A stretch of 64,000 nucleotides of DNA from an uncultured Candidatus Rokubacteria bacterium. Lineage in GTDB: Bacteria; Methylomirabilota; Methylomirabilia; Rokubacteriales; CSP1-6. Positions 23,021 through 37,370 of the stretch are shown in pieces. Below the pieces are notes generated by a model. That model ran no database searches, was not told where the DNA came from, and worked only from the letters and a program-made list of their open reading frames with translations. Position 1 is the stretch's first letter. Each line of letters opens with the position of its first letter. The stretch is taken from the NCBI GenBank assembly GCA_963789955.1, contig CAWBMV010000015.1:32001-96000 (forward strand), in the 5' to 3' direction. The translations under genes and the position numbers were made by a program.

Positions 23021-23201
23021 ATGGCAAAGGTGCTTCGATGCGGTGATTTGATGCCCGGCTGCAACGCGGTCATCGAGGGCAAGGACGAGGCCGAGGTGAT
23101 GGCCAAGGGCGCGGAACACGCCAAGACGGCGCACAAGATGACGTCGATCCCCACTGGAGGTGGCGGCGAAGGTCAAGGCGGCGATCAAGGACAAGAACTA
23201 G
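23021..23201 (+). CDS. DUF1059 small metal-binding-like protein (one frameshift)
   Basis: MAKVLRCGDLMPGC...EVM....EHA...H...EVAAKVKAAIKD. Confidence 0.8.
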
Positions 23202-23353
23202 CCCCGCGAACCTGGCGTGCTTCAGGGCACACGGGCGCCGACCCTGCTCGGCGCTCGTCGTGTCTTCAGGGCCGGTTCCGAGACCGACGAGCGGATTCGC
23301 AAGCTCGCGACAGGCTTGACGTCTCCGCGATGGGCCTGATAGACAAGCGCCAG

Positions 23354-25778
23354 ATGCTTCGACGCCCGCTCCACGATCCCCGACGGCTCGCGCTCTCTCT
23401 GTTCTCGACGCCTCTGCCCGGTCGAGTGGCCGGCAGCCGATGAGGACGCGACACGCTTCGAGCGTCGGGACGCGAGCCTGGATTTCACGAGCCCGGCGGG
23501 ACCGGTCAGGTGACGTTCTGCACCTCGCGTATCGTGCGCGTCGCCCTCGGCGCACACGAGTCGCACGACAGCGTCGTTCGTCGGTCCGCGAGTCTGGGCG
23601 CCGCCGCCGTTCGAAATCGCCGACGGCGAGCCCGTCCGGCTGGCGACGAGCGATTTGCGGCTCGAGGTCGAGACCCATCCGTTGCGCTTGACGTTCGCCG
23701 ACGCCGCCGGCGCCTGGCTCCTGCGCGAGCCCGCCGACGGAGGGATGGTACTCGAGCGCGGCGCCGCCGGCGCCGGGCGCGTGCGCGCCCGCTTCACGTT
23801 CTCCGGCGAGCAGCACTTCTACGGTCTCGGCCAGGGCGGCGGGCGGCTCGATCGCCTCGGGCAGGGCCGCCAGCTCTGGAACTCTCATCTCGGCCATGGG
23901 CCGGGCTCGGACATCGCGATCCCGCTGCTGGTCTCGAACCGAGGCTACGCGCTGTTCTTCGACAATCCCAGTGACGCGACGCTCGCGGTCGGTCGCTCGG
24001 ACAACGGCGTGCGCATCGACTACACGGCCGAGACCTCCGCGCTGACCTGGTACTTCCTGATCGGCCCCGACCTGCGCGGCCTCATGGGCGAGGTGGCCGA
24101 GCTCCTCGGGCGCGCGCCGCTGCCGCCGCGGTGGGCGCTCGGTTTCTTGCAGTCGACCCGGCACTTCGACGACACCGCCGAGCTGCAGCGCCTGCCGCGC
24201 ACGCTCCGCGAGAAGCGAATTCCGTGCGACGCGCTCATCTATCTCTCGACCTACGGCGAGGCCAAGGGATGGAACCGCGGGGTCGGCCACCTCGAGTTCC
24301 AGCCCACGCTCGTGGCCGAGGCCGGCGGCGTTGCTCGACGAGGTGCGAGCGCAGCACTTCGAGTTCATCACGCACGAGTATCCCGTGCTCCACGAACAGT
24401 CGCCGCTCTTCGCGGAGGCCGAGGCGCGCGGCTACCTCCTGGAGACGGGCTACGAGCGTGGAGCCGGCGGCGTGGCCAACTATCGCGAGGGCCAGCGCCA
24501 TCTCGACTTCTCGAACCCCGACGTGCGCGCGTGGTGGTGGGCGGCGCATCGTGAGCTCGTGCGGCTCGGCGTCGGCGGCTGGTGGCTCGACGGCGGCGAA
24601 GGCCCGCCGGCCGCCGCGAAGCTCGCCGCCGGGGACGGCACGCTCCTGCACAACATCTACGATCGCTTGCGCCACCAGGGGTTCGCCGAGGGCGAGGCCG
24701 CGGCGCGCCCGGATCAGCGCGTCTTCCTGCTGTGTCGCTCCGGCGCCGCCGGCATGCAGCGGTTCGGCGCCTCGACGTGGTCGGGAGACATCAACAACGA
24801 CTTTCCGACCCTGGACGCGCAGATTCCGCTCGGGTTGAACACGGGTCTGTCGGGCGTTCCCTACTGGGGCACCGACGTCGGCGGCTTCTTTCATCCCGTG
24901 CCGGAGACCGGCGAGCTCTATGCGCGCTGGTTCCAGTTCGGCGCGTTCAGCCCGATCTTCCGATCGCACGGCTGGGTGTGGCGCGAGCACACTCCGTGGG
25001 CTCACGGTCCCGAGGTCGAGGCGATCTGCCGACTCTACGCGGAGCTGCGCTACCGACTGCTGCCGTACACGTACACCCTGGCCCGGCAGGCGCACGCGCT
25101 CGGTCTGCCGCTCATGCGTCCGCTCGTCCTCAACTATCCGGACGATCCGAAGACGTGGACGCTCGATCACGAGTACCTGTGGGGCGACGATCTGCTGGTG
25201 GCACCGGTGACGCGCGAGGGTGCTACCGCGTGGCCGGTCTATCTCCCGGACGGCGAGTGGTTCGACTTCTGGACGGGGGAGCGCTACGTCGGGCCCGGCG
25301 GGATCACGCTGGCGGCGCCGCTCGAGCGGATGCCGCTGCTCGTCCGCGCCGGCGCGATTCTGCCGCTGGGCCCGATCGTTCAGTACACGGGCGAGCGCCC
25401 ACTCGACGAGCTGACCTTACAAATCTATCCCCGGGGCACCTCTCGCTTCGGGCTCTACGAGGACGACGGCCGCACGAACGCCTATCGCCGCGGCGTGTAC
25501 GCGCTGACACCGATCGTGTGCGTTGCGCAGCCCGGTCGCGTGTCGATTCGCGTCGAGTCGCCGGCTGGCGATCGATCGGTCGTGCCCGCCGGCCGCCGTT
25601 ACCTGCTCCGCGTGCGCGTCGCCGTCCGCGCGCCGTCGCGGTCGAGGGGACCGGCGAGCTTCTCCACGTCGGCGGCGACGCCGGGCGTTCCGGCTGGTGG
25701 ATGGACGACGCGGGGTTCCTCTGTATCCGGCTGCCGGCCGCATCGCAGGCCACCGTCGTGGTGACGCACGACGTCTGA
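23354..25778 (+). CDS. GH31 alpha-glycosidase (frameshifted)
   Basis: FYGLGQ, PPRWALG, WWLDGGEG nucleophile, WSGDI acid/base, ARWFQFGAFSP, YEDDG; start uncertain. Confidence 0.88.
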
Positions 25779-25784
25779 CGGTGA

Positions 25785-25812
25785 GCCCGGGGGCCCGAGC
25801 GGCCCCCCGGGC
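25785..25812. terminator. GC hairpin between convergent GH31 and SBP genes
   Basis: GCCCGGGGGCC-CGAGC-GGCCCCCCGGGC; no U-tract. Confidence 0.5.
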
Positions 25813-25820
25813 CGGGTCAA

Positions 25821-27880
25821 CTACGCCTTGAAGTACCAGGTCTCCGTGTGCGCGATGTGCGGGTTGTCGCTCACCGCGCTGTTCCACAGCCGCTCGGGGA
25901 CGTTGCCCATCGTGTTCTTGATCACGCGCACGCCCTGCGAGGCGGGCGAGTTCGAGACGACGGGGATCAGCCACAGCTCGTCGAGCGCGATCTTCCAGAC
26001 CTCCTTGGCCAGGCGCGTGCGCTCCTGGTCGGGCACGCCGAACGATCGCCGATAGGTCGCCATCAGCTCGCGCATCCGCGCCGGCGGCTCCTTGCCCTGC
26101 CGCGCCGGCGCTCGCAGTACCAGACTGCCGTAGAGCGGTCCCAGCGGGCTTGGTGAGCTCCGTGGGGAAGAGCAGCGGCGGGTGGCCGAACATGTCGTCC
26201 GCCCCCCACTGCGTCTCGAAGTAGATCTGGTGCTCGTTGGCTCGCATGCGCGTGGTGGCCAGCCCGCGCTCCAGCTCCTGCACCTCGCCGCGGACGCCGA
26301 TCTTCTTCCACTGCTCGACGATCATCTCCGCCATCTGCGTGAACGGCAGGAAGCCGAGATATGTCGTCAGCGCCAGTCGGAGCCGGCCACCACCGTCGGC
26401 GCGCAGGCGGTAGCCCTCGCTGTCCTTCTTGGTGAGACCGAGTGCGTCGAGCATCTCGTTGGCCTTCTTCACGTCGTAGGCCGACGTGCAGCGTCTTGTA
26501 CTCCGGCCCGGGGAAGTACGGCGTGCGTCGCCCGGCGCCGCCGAGCCGGCCTGACCGAGCCCGAGCACGAACGTCTCGTTGATCTGGGTGCGGTCGATCC
26601 CGTGCGACAGCGCGATCCGGAATTCGCGGCGTGCTGAGCCACTTCGCGATCTCCGGGTCCTTGTCGAAGCTCTGGTTGCAGAACAGCCCGACGTCGGCGC
26701 CCTGGTCAGACGGGTCGAGGTGGACTCGGTAGTCGCCCTTCTGCTGGTTCTCGAGCAGCACCGGCAGCTTGCTGATGTCGATGTGGCGTGCCTGCGAGTC
26801 GTACTCGCCGGCGATCGCGCGCAGGTTGATGACCTCGAGGTTCTCGCCGAGCGTCATGCGGATGCGGTCGATGTACGGCAGCTGATTGCCGTCGGTGTCG
26901 ACCCAGATGCTGTAGGGGTTACGCTCCAGGCTCCAGGTCGGCGTGTTGATCGGCGACACTGTCTTCCAGGCCGTCACGACTGGCAGGTCCGGGTTGCGGC
27001 ACGCGTCGTTGCGGTTCTTGAACAGCAGCACCCAGTTGTCGAACTTCAGGTCGGCGACCTTCTTGCGGACGTCGTCCTTCGACGCGTACTTCGGGATGGA
27101 ACTGCTTCAGGTAGTGCGCGGGCGCGAAGCCGCCCAGGGCGTCGCGGCCGTAGCGCGCGTGGTGTCCGATGCCCCACACCGAGGCCGAGCACCGTCGGCA
27201 GCGCGAAGTAGGGATCGGGCGCGAGGAACTGCACGGTGGAGGCGTCGACCTTCTTCACCGCAATCGGCTTGCCGTTGATGGTCATCACGGAGAGCGGCGT
27301 CGGCACCAGCTCCTTGTTCGAGTAGACCTCCTCGAACCAGAACACGAAGTCGTCGGCGGTGAACGGCTGACCGTCGCTCCACTTCATGCCGCGGCGCAGG
27401 GACATCGTGATCGTCCGACCGTCCGGGCTGACCTCCCAGGCGCGCGCGATGTTGGGCACGATCTTGGTGCCGGTGTAGTCGCAGTAGAGCAGCTTGTCGT
27501 TTTGCGCGGCACGGTGGCCGTTCGAGGTGTCGAACGGCCCGGTGAAGCCGCGCCGCCACGTGCCGCCGTACTTGCCGATCTCGTGCAGCGGCTTGACGAC
27601 CAGCGGATCCTGGCCGATGCGCTGCGCACGGGCGGAAGCTTGCCGGCCTTGACCAGCTCGGCGAGCTGAGGCGCCTCCTTGAAGGTCTTGGGATATTGCG
27701 CGAGATCGGTGACGACCTCGGCGCCCTCGAGCTTGCCGATCAAGTTGGTGCTCGGCTTCACGCCCTGCGCCTGGGCCCGCGTCACCAGGCCGTCCGGCAT
27801 CTGCGAGGCGGCGAGCGCGAAGAGCCCGGCCTGCAGCACTCGGCGTCGCGAAGGCGCTCGTCGTGGTCACTCATGATCAT
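25821..27880 (-). CDS. Family 5 (DppA/OppA-like) ABC substrate-binding protein, Tat-like signal (frameshifted)
   Basis: FKEAPQLAELV..GKLPPV, IGKYGG, MKWSDGQPFTADD, ERNPY....D..GNQLPYID. Confidence 0.88.
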
Positions 27881-28918
27881 GTCCTTTCGGGGCTGCGCCC
27901 GATCCGGCGGCAGCTCTGGCGACGGACGAGTTGCAGCGGCAACGGGCCCGACTCCTGGGCGGCCCGCCCGGCGATGAGGTCCAGCAACGTGGCCGCCGCG
28001 GCGCGGCCCAGCTCGTGGCGCGGCACGCGGACAGTGGTGAGCGTCGGCGTGACCAGGCTGGCATACGGCACGTCGTCCCAGCCGACGACCGAGAGATCGC
28101 GCGGGACGCGGACGCGGCGTTCGGCGCACGCCTGCAGGACGCCGATGGCCATCGTGTCGTTGTGACAGATCACGGCGGTCGGCGGCGCGTCGAGCGCGAG
28201 CAGGCGCAGACCGGCGCGATGGCCGCCTTCGATCGAAATGCGCTCACGGACGATCAGCGACGGCGGAGGCGTCAGATCGCTGTGACCAAGCGCTCGCGCG
28301 TACCAGTCTTCGCGGCTGGCAAAGGGCGCCTCGTCACGCGAAGGCACGACGAGCGCGACGCGGCGGTGCCCGAGGGCGGCGAGGTACTCGACGACCTCTG
28401 ACGTCGCGCTCGGCCAGTCGACCCACACCGACGCCACGTGCCGGCCGCGGACCTCGCGATTCAGAAACACCATCGGCACGCCCGCTCGCCGGCCCAGCGC
28501 GGCCAGCTCCTCGGGAACGACTCCGCGGCGCCCCGAGGATCAACCCGTCGGCGCTGCGGTCGAGCAGGTGCTCGACGTTGCGGCGCTCGACTTCGGGATC
28601 GCGGCGACTGCTCGCGAGAAACAGGCTATAGCCCAGAGGTGACAAGACGTCCTCGGCGCCGCGCACGACGTCCGGGAAGAAGGGACTGGCCACGTCGCCC
28701 ATCACGACAGCCGACCGTGAACGTCTTGCGGCTCGCGAGGCTCCGTGCGACGTGGTTGGGATGGAAGCCCGAGCTCGGCGATGGCCCGTTCGACGCGCGT
28801 CGAGTGTCGGCGCGATCGAAAGCTCGCCGTTGATCACCCGCGAGACCGTCTGGTGCGAAACCAGGGCGCGCCGGCCGACATCTCGGATCGTGGCGCGTTG
28901 TTCTTCAGCGAACGTCAT
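27877..28918 (-). CDS. LacI-family transcriptional regulator (frameshifted)
   Basis: TIRDVGRRALVSHQTVSRVING HTH; PTAVICHND.MAIG, VPRDLSVVGWDD, PTLTTV. Confidence 0.9.
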
Positions 28919-28947
28919 TCGTGGCACCTGCCGGCGCGTCTGAGGGC

Positions 28948-28965
28948 CTTGTGACCGGTCACAAG
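28948..28965. promoter_or_regulatory. LacI-type operator palindrome
   Basis: Perfect 18-bp palindrome CTTGTGACCGGTCACAAG with central CG between divergent lacI and ABC genes. Confidence 0.8.
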
Positions 28966-29010
28966 CTAGCAGTAGGATCTCCCCGGTGTCAACGACCTCG
29001 GGGACGCACC

Positions 29011-30015
29011 ATGCTGACGTACGTCGTTCGTCGCTTGCTCCTCGCCGTCCTCGCGATGCGGGCGGTCTCGGTCATGGCCTTCGTGATCATCCAGCTTCCG
29101 CCCGGCGATTATGTCACCGCCTACGTCGCGCAGCTGGCGGCAGCGGGATCGTCGCGCTCCAGGGCAGCTGCGAGCACGCTCCGCGACCAGTACGGGCTCG
29201 AGCGAGCCGCTCTGGGTGCAGTACGTGCGGTGGATGCGGCTGTGCGCTGCAGGGAAACTTCGGGGCGTCGCGCTCGAGTTGCGGCAAGCCCGTGTCGGAG
29301 CTGATCGGCGAGCGCCTATGCGCTGACGATGGCGCTCTCGGTCGGCGCCATCATGCTCACGTGGTTCCTCGCGATGCCGATCGGCATCTACTCCGCGGTC
29401 CGCCAGTACTCGCTCGGCGACTACGTCGGCGACGTTCATCGGCTTCATCGGCCTGGCCGTCCCGAGCTTCATGCTCGCGCTGGTGCTGATGTACGCGCGC
29501 TTCCGCTACTTCGGCGCCAACATCGGCGGCCTGTTCTCGCGCGAGTACGCGGACGCGCCGTGGAGCCTGGGCAAGGTCTGCGATCTGCTCAAGCACCTGC
29601 TGGCTCCCGGCCGTGATCCTGGGATGGCCGGCACCGCGAGCTCGTCCGGATCATGCGCGCCAACCTGCTCGACGAGCTGCGGCAAGCCGTACGTCATGAC
29701 GGCGCGCGCGCGCGGGGCTCGTCCGAGTGGCGCTCATCTGGAAGTACCCGGTGCGGGTGGCGCTCAACCCGTTCGTCAGCACGGCTCGGCTACCTGCTGC
29801 CGTACGTGGTCTCCGGCACCATCATCGTCGTCGGTCGTGCTCGAGCCTGCCCACGGTGGCCCGCTGCTCCTGCGCGCGCTGAGCGCCAGGACATGTACCT
29901 GGCCGGCGCCATCATCCTCCTGCTCGGCGCTGCTCACCGTGGTCGGCACGCTCATCTCGGACTTGCTGCTGTGCTGGCTCGACCCGCGGATCCGCACGGA
30001 CGGGCGAGGCGCTGA
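29011..30015 (+). CDS. DppB-like ABC permease (many frameshifts)
   Basis: MLTYVVRRLL, IIQLPPGD, MRANLLDEL..PYV.TARA, LISDLLL.WLDPRIR. Confidence 0.8.
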
Positions 30016-31198
30016 GCCACGGCGACTCCCGGCCGGCGGCGTGCCGAAGTCGCAGGAGCTCGCGCTGCCGGCGTCGAGGCCGAGCGGACCGCCTCTCGGT
30101 CGCCTCGCAGTGGCAGCTGATGTGGTGGCGCTTCCGCCGCCACCGGCTGGCCGTGGTCGGCGTGGCTCGTGATCGCGCTGTCTACCTGGTCGCTGCTCTT
30201 CGCCGACTTCCTCGCGCCGTACGCCGCCCGACCGCGCACCGACGGCGCACGATCGCTCTGCCGCCGCAGGCCGATCCACTTCTTCGACCGACGGGCAGCT
30301 TTCGCGCCCGTACGTGCTACGGCGCTGCACGGGCACGCGCGACCCGCATGACGCTTCGCGCTCGTCGTACGACGCCCGACCCGAGCGCGAAGCATCCCGT
30401 CCGCTTCTTCGCGCCCGGGTGCGCCTACAAGCTCTTCGGCCTGATCCCGACCGACTCCACCTGTTCGGCGTCGCCGAGGGCGCGCGCGACGGCGCGCGTC
30501 TTCCTCTTCGGCGCCGACGCGCCAGGGCCGCGACAGTCTCTCGCGCATGATCTACGGCGACGCGGATCTCGCTCTCGATCGGCCTGGTCGGCGTGGTCGC
30601 TCAGCCTTCGTGCTCGGCGTGCTCCTCGGCGGCATCTCCGGCTACTACGGCGGCGCGATCGACACGCTCATCCAGCGGGTCATCGAGTTCATCCGCTCGA
30701 TCCCGACGATCCCGCTCTGGATGGGCTCTGGCCGCGGCGCTGCCGGCGGACTGGTCGGTGCTGCAGGTCTACTTCGCGATCACGGTGATCCTGCTCGCTC
30801 ATCGGCTGGACCGGCCTGGCGCGCGTCGTGCGCGGCCGCTTCCTGTCGCTGCGCGAGGAGGACTTCGTGACGGCCGCGCGGCTGGCCGGCTGCGAGCCAG
30901 ACGCGGATCATCTTCCGCCACATGCGTGCCGTCGTTCACTCAGCCACATCATCGCCGCGATCACGCTGGCGATCCCGGAGATGATCCTCGGCGAGACGGC
31001 GCTGAGCTTCCTCGGCCTCGGGCTGCGTCCGCCCGGCGATCAGCTGGGGCGTGCTGCTCCAGGAGGCCCAGAACATCCAGGCGCTGGCGCATCTCGCCCT
31101 GGCTGCTCGTCCCCGCCGTGCCGGTGATCGTGGTCATCCTCGCCTTCAACTTCATCGGCGACGGCCTGCGCGACGCGGCCGACCCGTACGGGCGCTGA
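30015..31198 (+). CDS. DppC-like ABC permease (many frameshifts)
   Basis: WWRFRRHRLA, GGISGYYGG..D..IQR, ETALSFLGLG, FNFIGDGLRDAADPY; start approximate. Confidence 0.8.
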
Positions 31199-31210
31199 CC
31201 ACAGCCCGAC

Positions 31211-32290
<1,080 letters not shown>

Positions 32291-33347
32291 GCCGCGCATC
32301 GCGGCGGCGCCGCTGCTCGAGGTTCGAGGACCTGCCGCAAGCACTTCCCGATCCGCGGGGCCTGCTTCGCGCGAGGTCGGGCAGGTCGAGGCGGTCGACG
32401 GCGTGACCTTCACATCGACGCGGCGAGACGCTCGGCGCTGGTCGGCGAGAGCGGCTGCGGCAAGACGACGACGGCCGCTGCATCATGCGCGCGATCGAGC
32501 CGACGGCCGGGCAGATCATCTTCCGGCGCGGCGACGGCTCGCCGTCGACGTGGCCGCCTTGCCGGCCCGGCGCAGGTCCGCACTGCGCCGCGACATGCAG
32601 ATGATCTTCCAGGATCCGTACTCGTCGCTCAACCCGCGCATGACGCTGCTCGACATCGTCGGCGAGCCGCTGCTGGTCAACCGGGTCGGCACCCGCGCGC
32701 GAGCGGACGGAGCGGGTCGCCGAGCTGCTGCGGCTGGTCGGGCTGCGCCCCGAGTACATGCGCCGCTATCCGCACGCGTTCAGCGGCGGCCAGCGCCAGC
32801 GGATCGGCATCGCGCGCGCGCTGGCGCTCAACCCGAGCTGGTCGTCGCCGACGAGCCGGTCTCGGCGCTCGACGTGTCGGTCCAGGCCCAGATCCTCAAC
32901 CTGCTCGACGACCTGCAGGCGCGAGTTCGGGCTCACCTACCTCTTCGTCTCGCACGACCTCAGCGTCGTCGAGCACATCTGCGATCGCGTCGCGGTGATG
33001 TACGTCGGCAAGATCGTCGAGCTGGCGCCGACCGAGGAGCTCTTCACGCAGCCGCTGCACCCCTACACCGAGGCGCTGCTGTCGGCGGTGCCGAAGCCCG
33101 ACCCGCGCCAGCGCGCGTCGCGGATCGTGCTCGAGGGCGAGGTGGCCGACCCGGCGAACCCGCCGCCGGGCTGCGCGTTTCCACCCGCGCTGCCCGTACG
33201 CGGTCGAGCGCTGCCGGACCGAGGCGCCGGCGCTCGAGGCCGCGCCGACGGCCGCCTGGTGGCTGTCATCGGCGCGCGCGAGCTGACCCTGCGCGGAATC
33301 GGAGTGGCCGCATGATCCGCGGATCGGGCGACGTCTAGAGGAGAGCC

Positions 33348-35025
33348 AGGCCGAGCGTCCGCATCGCAGAAGCGACCGTCCGCGTGGACGCCGGTGCGCC
33401 GCTGGGCCCGCCCGACGAATCTGGACCAGCTTCGGCTACGACGAGATCAACTGGACGTCGACACCGATCGGCAAGCGGCACCTGCAAGACCATCGGCACC
33501 TTCGCCGAGCAGCCCTACTTCGTGCGCTCTCACTACATCTTCAACAGCGGCATCGGCTGGTCGCTGCCCCACTGGGGCGCCGGCAACGTCTATCACGAGG
33601 ACGCGGCCGGCCGGCCGTTCTACGACTTCGCCATCGCCGACCAGGTGTACGACGCGGTGGTCGCACGCCGGTCACCGGCCGCTGGTCGAGCTCGCGTTCA
33701 CGCCGCGCGCGCTCGTCCCGGACGGCGCCGAGAAGACGTTTCCGTTCGCGCCGAGCCCGACCCAGTGGAGCCCGTACGAGGCCGGGCTGTGGGCGATGCC
33801 GCCGAACGACTATCAGAAGTGGGGCGGCCTAGTGCGCGCGCTGGTCGAGCATTGCGTGGCGCGCTACGGCGCGGAGCACGTCCGCGGCTGGCTGTGGGAG
33901 CTGTGGAACGAGCCGGACATCTACGTACTGGCGCGGCACGCCCGAGCAGTTCCACGCGCTCTACGACGTGACGGCGGCCGCGGTGAAGGCCGCGCTGCCC
34001 GAGGCGGCGGTCGGCGGCCCGACGACGACCGGCGATCTCGGACCCGGCCGGCGCGGCAACGAGGTCCTGCGCGGGTTTCTCGCCCACTGCGCGCGCACCG
34101 GCGCCCCGCTCGACTTCGTGTCGTTCCACACGAAGGGCGGCCGCTTCACGCCCTGGCGCGTCTACGGGCCACTCGGCGGGCCCGCGCCCACGCGCGAGTC
34201 GCCGTCGAGCCTCAAGATGTTGCGCGAGGTTCGCGCGGCGCTCGACGCCGTCGGCGCGCCATCCGGAGTTCCGCGACCTGCCGTGCATCGTGGACGAGTG
34301 CGACGCGTCCGTGCCCGCTCACTGGGGCGTGTACGACAATTCGAACTTTGCATACCGCAACACCGAGTACTTCCCGGTCTTCCAGTGCAAGCTCATGAAG
34401 AAGCTCCTCGATCTCGACCTGCGGGGCGGCGCCCGCGTTCACCAGGCCACGCACCTGGAGCTTCTACTTCGAGGGCGAGCGCTTCTTCGAGGGCACGCGC
34501 AGCTTGTTCACGGCGCAAGGCATCGAGAAGCCGGTGCTCAACGCCTATCGGATGCTGAGCCGCCTCGGCGAGACGCGTCTGGCCGTCGAGTCGACCTCGG
34601 CGTGGCCGCTGGACCGCCTCGATGACGGCGATACGGGGATGCCGGAAGAGGTCGACGCGCTCGCCACGACCGGCCGCGATGGCGTGCGCGTGCTCGTGTG
34701 GCGCCATGCCGACGATCAATACGCCACCGACTCGCGCGCCACCGCCGTCACGGTACGAGTCGATCATCTCCCGTTCAGCGGCGGCGCCCGCGTGAGCCAC
34801 TGGCGGATCGACAGCGCGCACAGCAACAGCCACGCCGTGTGGCGCGCGCTCGGCGGTCCACAAGACCCCTCCGAGCATGACCTGCGCGCCATCCAGGAGC
34901 GTCAGGAGCTCGAGCGGCTCGAGCCCGACCAGACCGTCACGGTCCGTGATGGGGTGCTGACGTTGCGAATCGCGCTGCCGCTGCCGAGCGTGTCATTGCT
35001 CGAGATCCGCCCGGCCGCGCCATGA
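33348..35025 (+). CDS. GH39-like glycoside hydrolase (frameshifted)
   Basis: WELWNEPD acid/base, LDFVSFHTKG, IVDEC nucleophile, WRID..HSNS; start codon inferred after AGGAG. Confidence 0.8.
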
Positions 35026-35187
35026 GCCGACGGCACGTGACCGAAGCCCAACGAGGCGACGCATTGACCTGGATGCATCCGCCGACTACGCTCGGTTCGT
35101 TCCGTCGGGGGCCCGATCGTCAGAGGGCGTGAAGACGCGGCCGTCACAGGGAGCCCCAGAGGGGCACGAGGGGGATTGGAGCCGACC

Positions 35188-36416
35188 ATGACCAGTGAAA
35201 ACTCCCGGGACCTCAATTGCCTCACCGGCATCCGAGTCGTCGATTTCACCCAGTTCGAGGCCGGCACGTCGTGCACCGAGGCGCTCGCCTGGCTCGGCGC
35301 CGACGTGATCAAGGTCGAGAACCCGAAGACGGGCGACCCGGGCCGCCGGCTGCGGCCGGGCAAGCCCGACGACGACCCTTCTACTTCCACATGTTCAACG
35401 CCAACAAGAAGTCCATGACGGTCAATCTGAAGTCGCCGCGCGGGCTCGAGCTCGTCAAGGAGCTGCTGAAGAAGGCGGACGTCACGGTCGAGAACATGGC
35501 GCCGGGCACGATCGATCGGCTCGGGCTCGGCTACGACGAGGTGAAGAAGCTCAACCCGCGCATCATCTTCTGCCAGATCAAGGGCTTCGGCACCGGGAGC
35601 ACGTACGAGAGCGGCCTCGCCTTCGACATGATCGCGCAGGCCGCGGGCGGCATGATCAGCGTGACCGGCGAGCCCGATCGGCCGCCGGTGAAGCCGGGCC
35701 CGAGCTTCGGCGACACCGGCACCGGCATGTTGATGGCCGTGACGATCCTCGGCGCGATCCTCGAGCGGCAGCGGACCGGCAAGGGACGGCGGCTCCAGGT
35801 CGCGATGCAGGACGCCATGCTCCACTACATGCGCACGTGCTTCGCCACCCAGGCGCGCACGGGGAAGCCGGCGCGGCGCCGTGGCGGAAAATCCGTCGCC
35901 GGCACCAACTCGCCCTCGGGGCTCTATCAATGCAAACCGCTCGGCTGCAACGACTGGATCTACATCACGACGAGCCGCGGCAATCCCGAGCACTGGGGGC
36001 GGCTGATGCGCCTGATCGGGCGAGAGGAGCTGATCGACGACCCGCGCTTCGCCACCGGCGCCGCGCGTGTCGAGCGTGAGGCCGAGGTCGACGCGATCAT
36101 CAACGAGTGGACGCGGCAGCACACGAAGGAAGAGGCGATGACCCTGATCAGCGGCGTCGGCGTACCGGCCGGCGCCGTGTTCGACACGATGGAGCTTCAG
36201 AACGATCCGAGCTTCGAGAAGCGCGGCATCATGCAGGTGATGGAGCACCCGAGCGGGCCGTTCAAGATGCCGACCTGGCCGGTGCGGGTCGACGGTGAGA
36301 CGGCGCGGATCAAACCGTCACCGCAGCTCGGGCAGCACAGCGCCGAGGTGCTGAGCGCCTGGCTCGGCGTGGGCGCGGATGAGATCGCGGCCTTGAAACG
36401 CGAGGGAGTGCTCTAG
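35188..36416 (+). CDS. Family III CoA-transferase, formyl-CoA transferase-like (one frameshift)
   Basis: [41 protein letters not shown] catalytic Asp. Confidence 0.88.
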
Positions 36417-36632
36417 CCCCTTTTCGCTGTGGGGAGCTTGTCCCACAGTGGGGCACGCTCGCCCCGGTCCGTGCACGGCGGGGCGGGCGGCGCTGTCCGT
36501 CGATGCCCGGAGCACGCTCCGGCCGGTAAACCTGTTCGTAGAGAGCGCTTTAGATCTCGTTTACTCGACCAGGGTGAGGGGTGAGCGGGGTCTGGCAGGG
36601 CCCTTGCTTTGTGGCAAGGCAAGGCCGAGGCC

Positions 36633-37357
36633 ATGCGACGACTCCTGATCCTGCTCGCGCTTGCGGTGCTGACGGAAGGGTGCTCGACCGCCCCCGTCCT
36701 CCGAAGCAGGCGTTCGACTTCAAGACCACCGCGCTCTTCAAGCTGCCGTGCGACACCCCGGAGGTGCTGGCGGCCAAGCGGGAGATCCCGGACGACGGCC
36801 TCGAGACGAACGACAACCAATGTAATACGGTCCACCTCCTGAGGATGGTCGACCGCTTCATCTCCATCCAGGAGGCCGACGTGGCCAAGGGGATTCTCGG
36901 CGACACCATCGCCGAGGTCCGGGCCAAGGGCTTCAGCATCTTCACCGACGCCGAGGAACGCAAGCGGCGTCCGAACACCAAGCCCCTCTACGGCAACGAC
37001 GCGCTGGCCGCCGTGGGCATGAGCGTGGCGCCGCCCCCCCTGCAGAAGCCCGAGGAGATCAAGGCCTACGCCGATTTCATGGCCTCCCACTACGGCGAGG
37101 AGTACTACGAGAAGGACATGAAAAAGGTGGTGGACCGCTTCTGTCTCAACCGGCGCGACTCCAACGAACTGGGCGACGACCGGACGTTCGCGATCGTGTG
37201 GCGCAGTGGCCACGTCTTCAAGCGGGTGATCAAGGGCGGGCCGATCAACAACCCGAAGCAGGAGCGCGCGTTCCTGGTCTGTCCCGGCGATTTCATCGTC
37301 GACACCCTCATCGGCATCGGCAACAAGGCCGCGACCGGCTTGATGGTCATACCCTAA
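36633..37357 (+). CDS. Hypothetical lipoprotein (frameshift near 36700)
   Basis: MRRLLILLALAVLTEGC lipobox-like signal continuing into the 36581..37357 frame. Confidence 0.65.
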
Positions 37358-37370
37358 TCGGCGTCCAGCA

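Noticed and set aside
23354..25778. GH31 as a sulfoquinovosidase linked to the sulfur genes
   Set aside because: Nucleophile motif is WWLDGGEG rather than the ADFGE type, and no sulfoglycolysis genes are adjacent.
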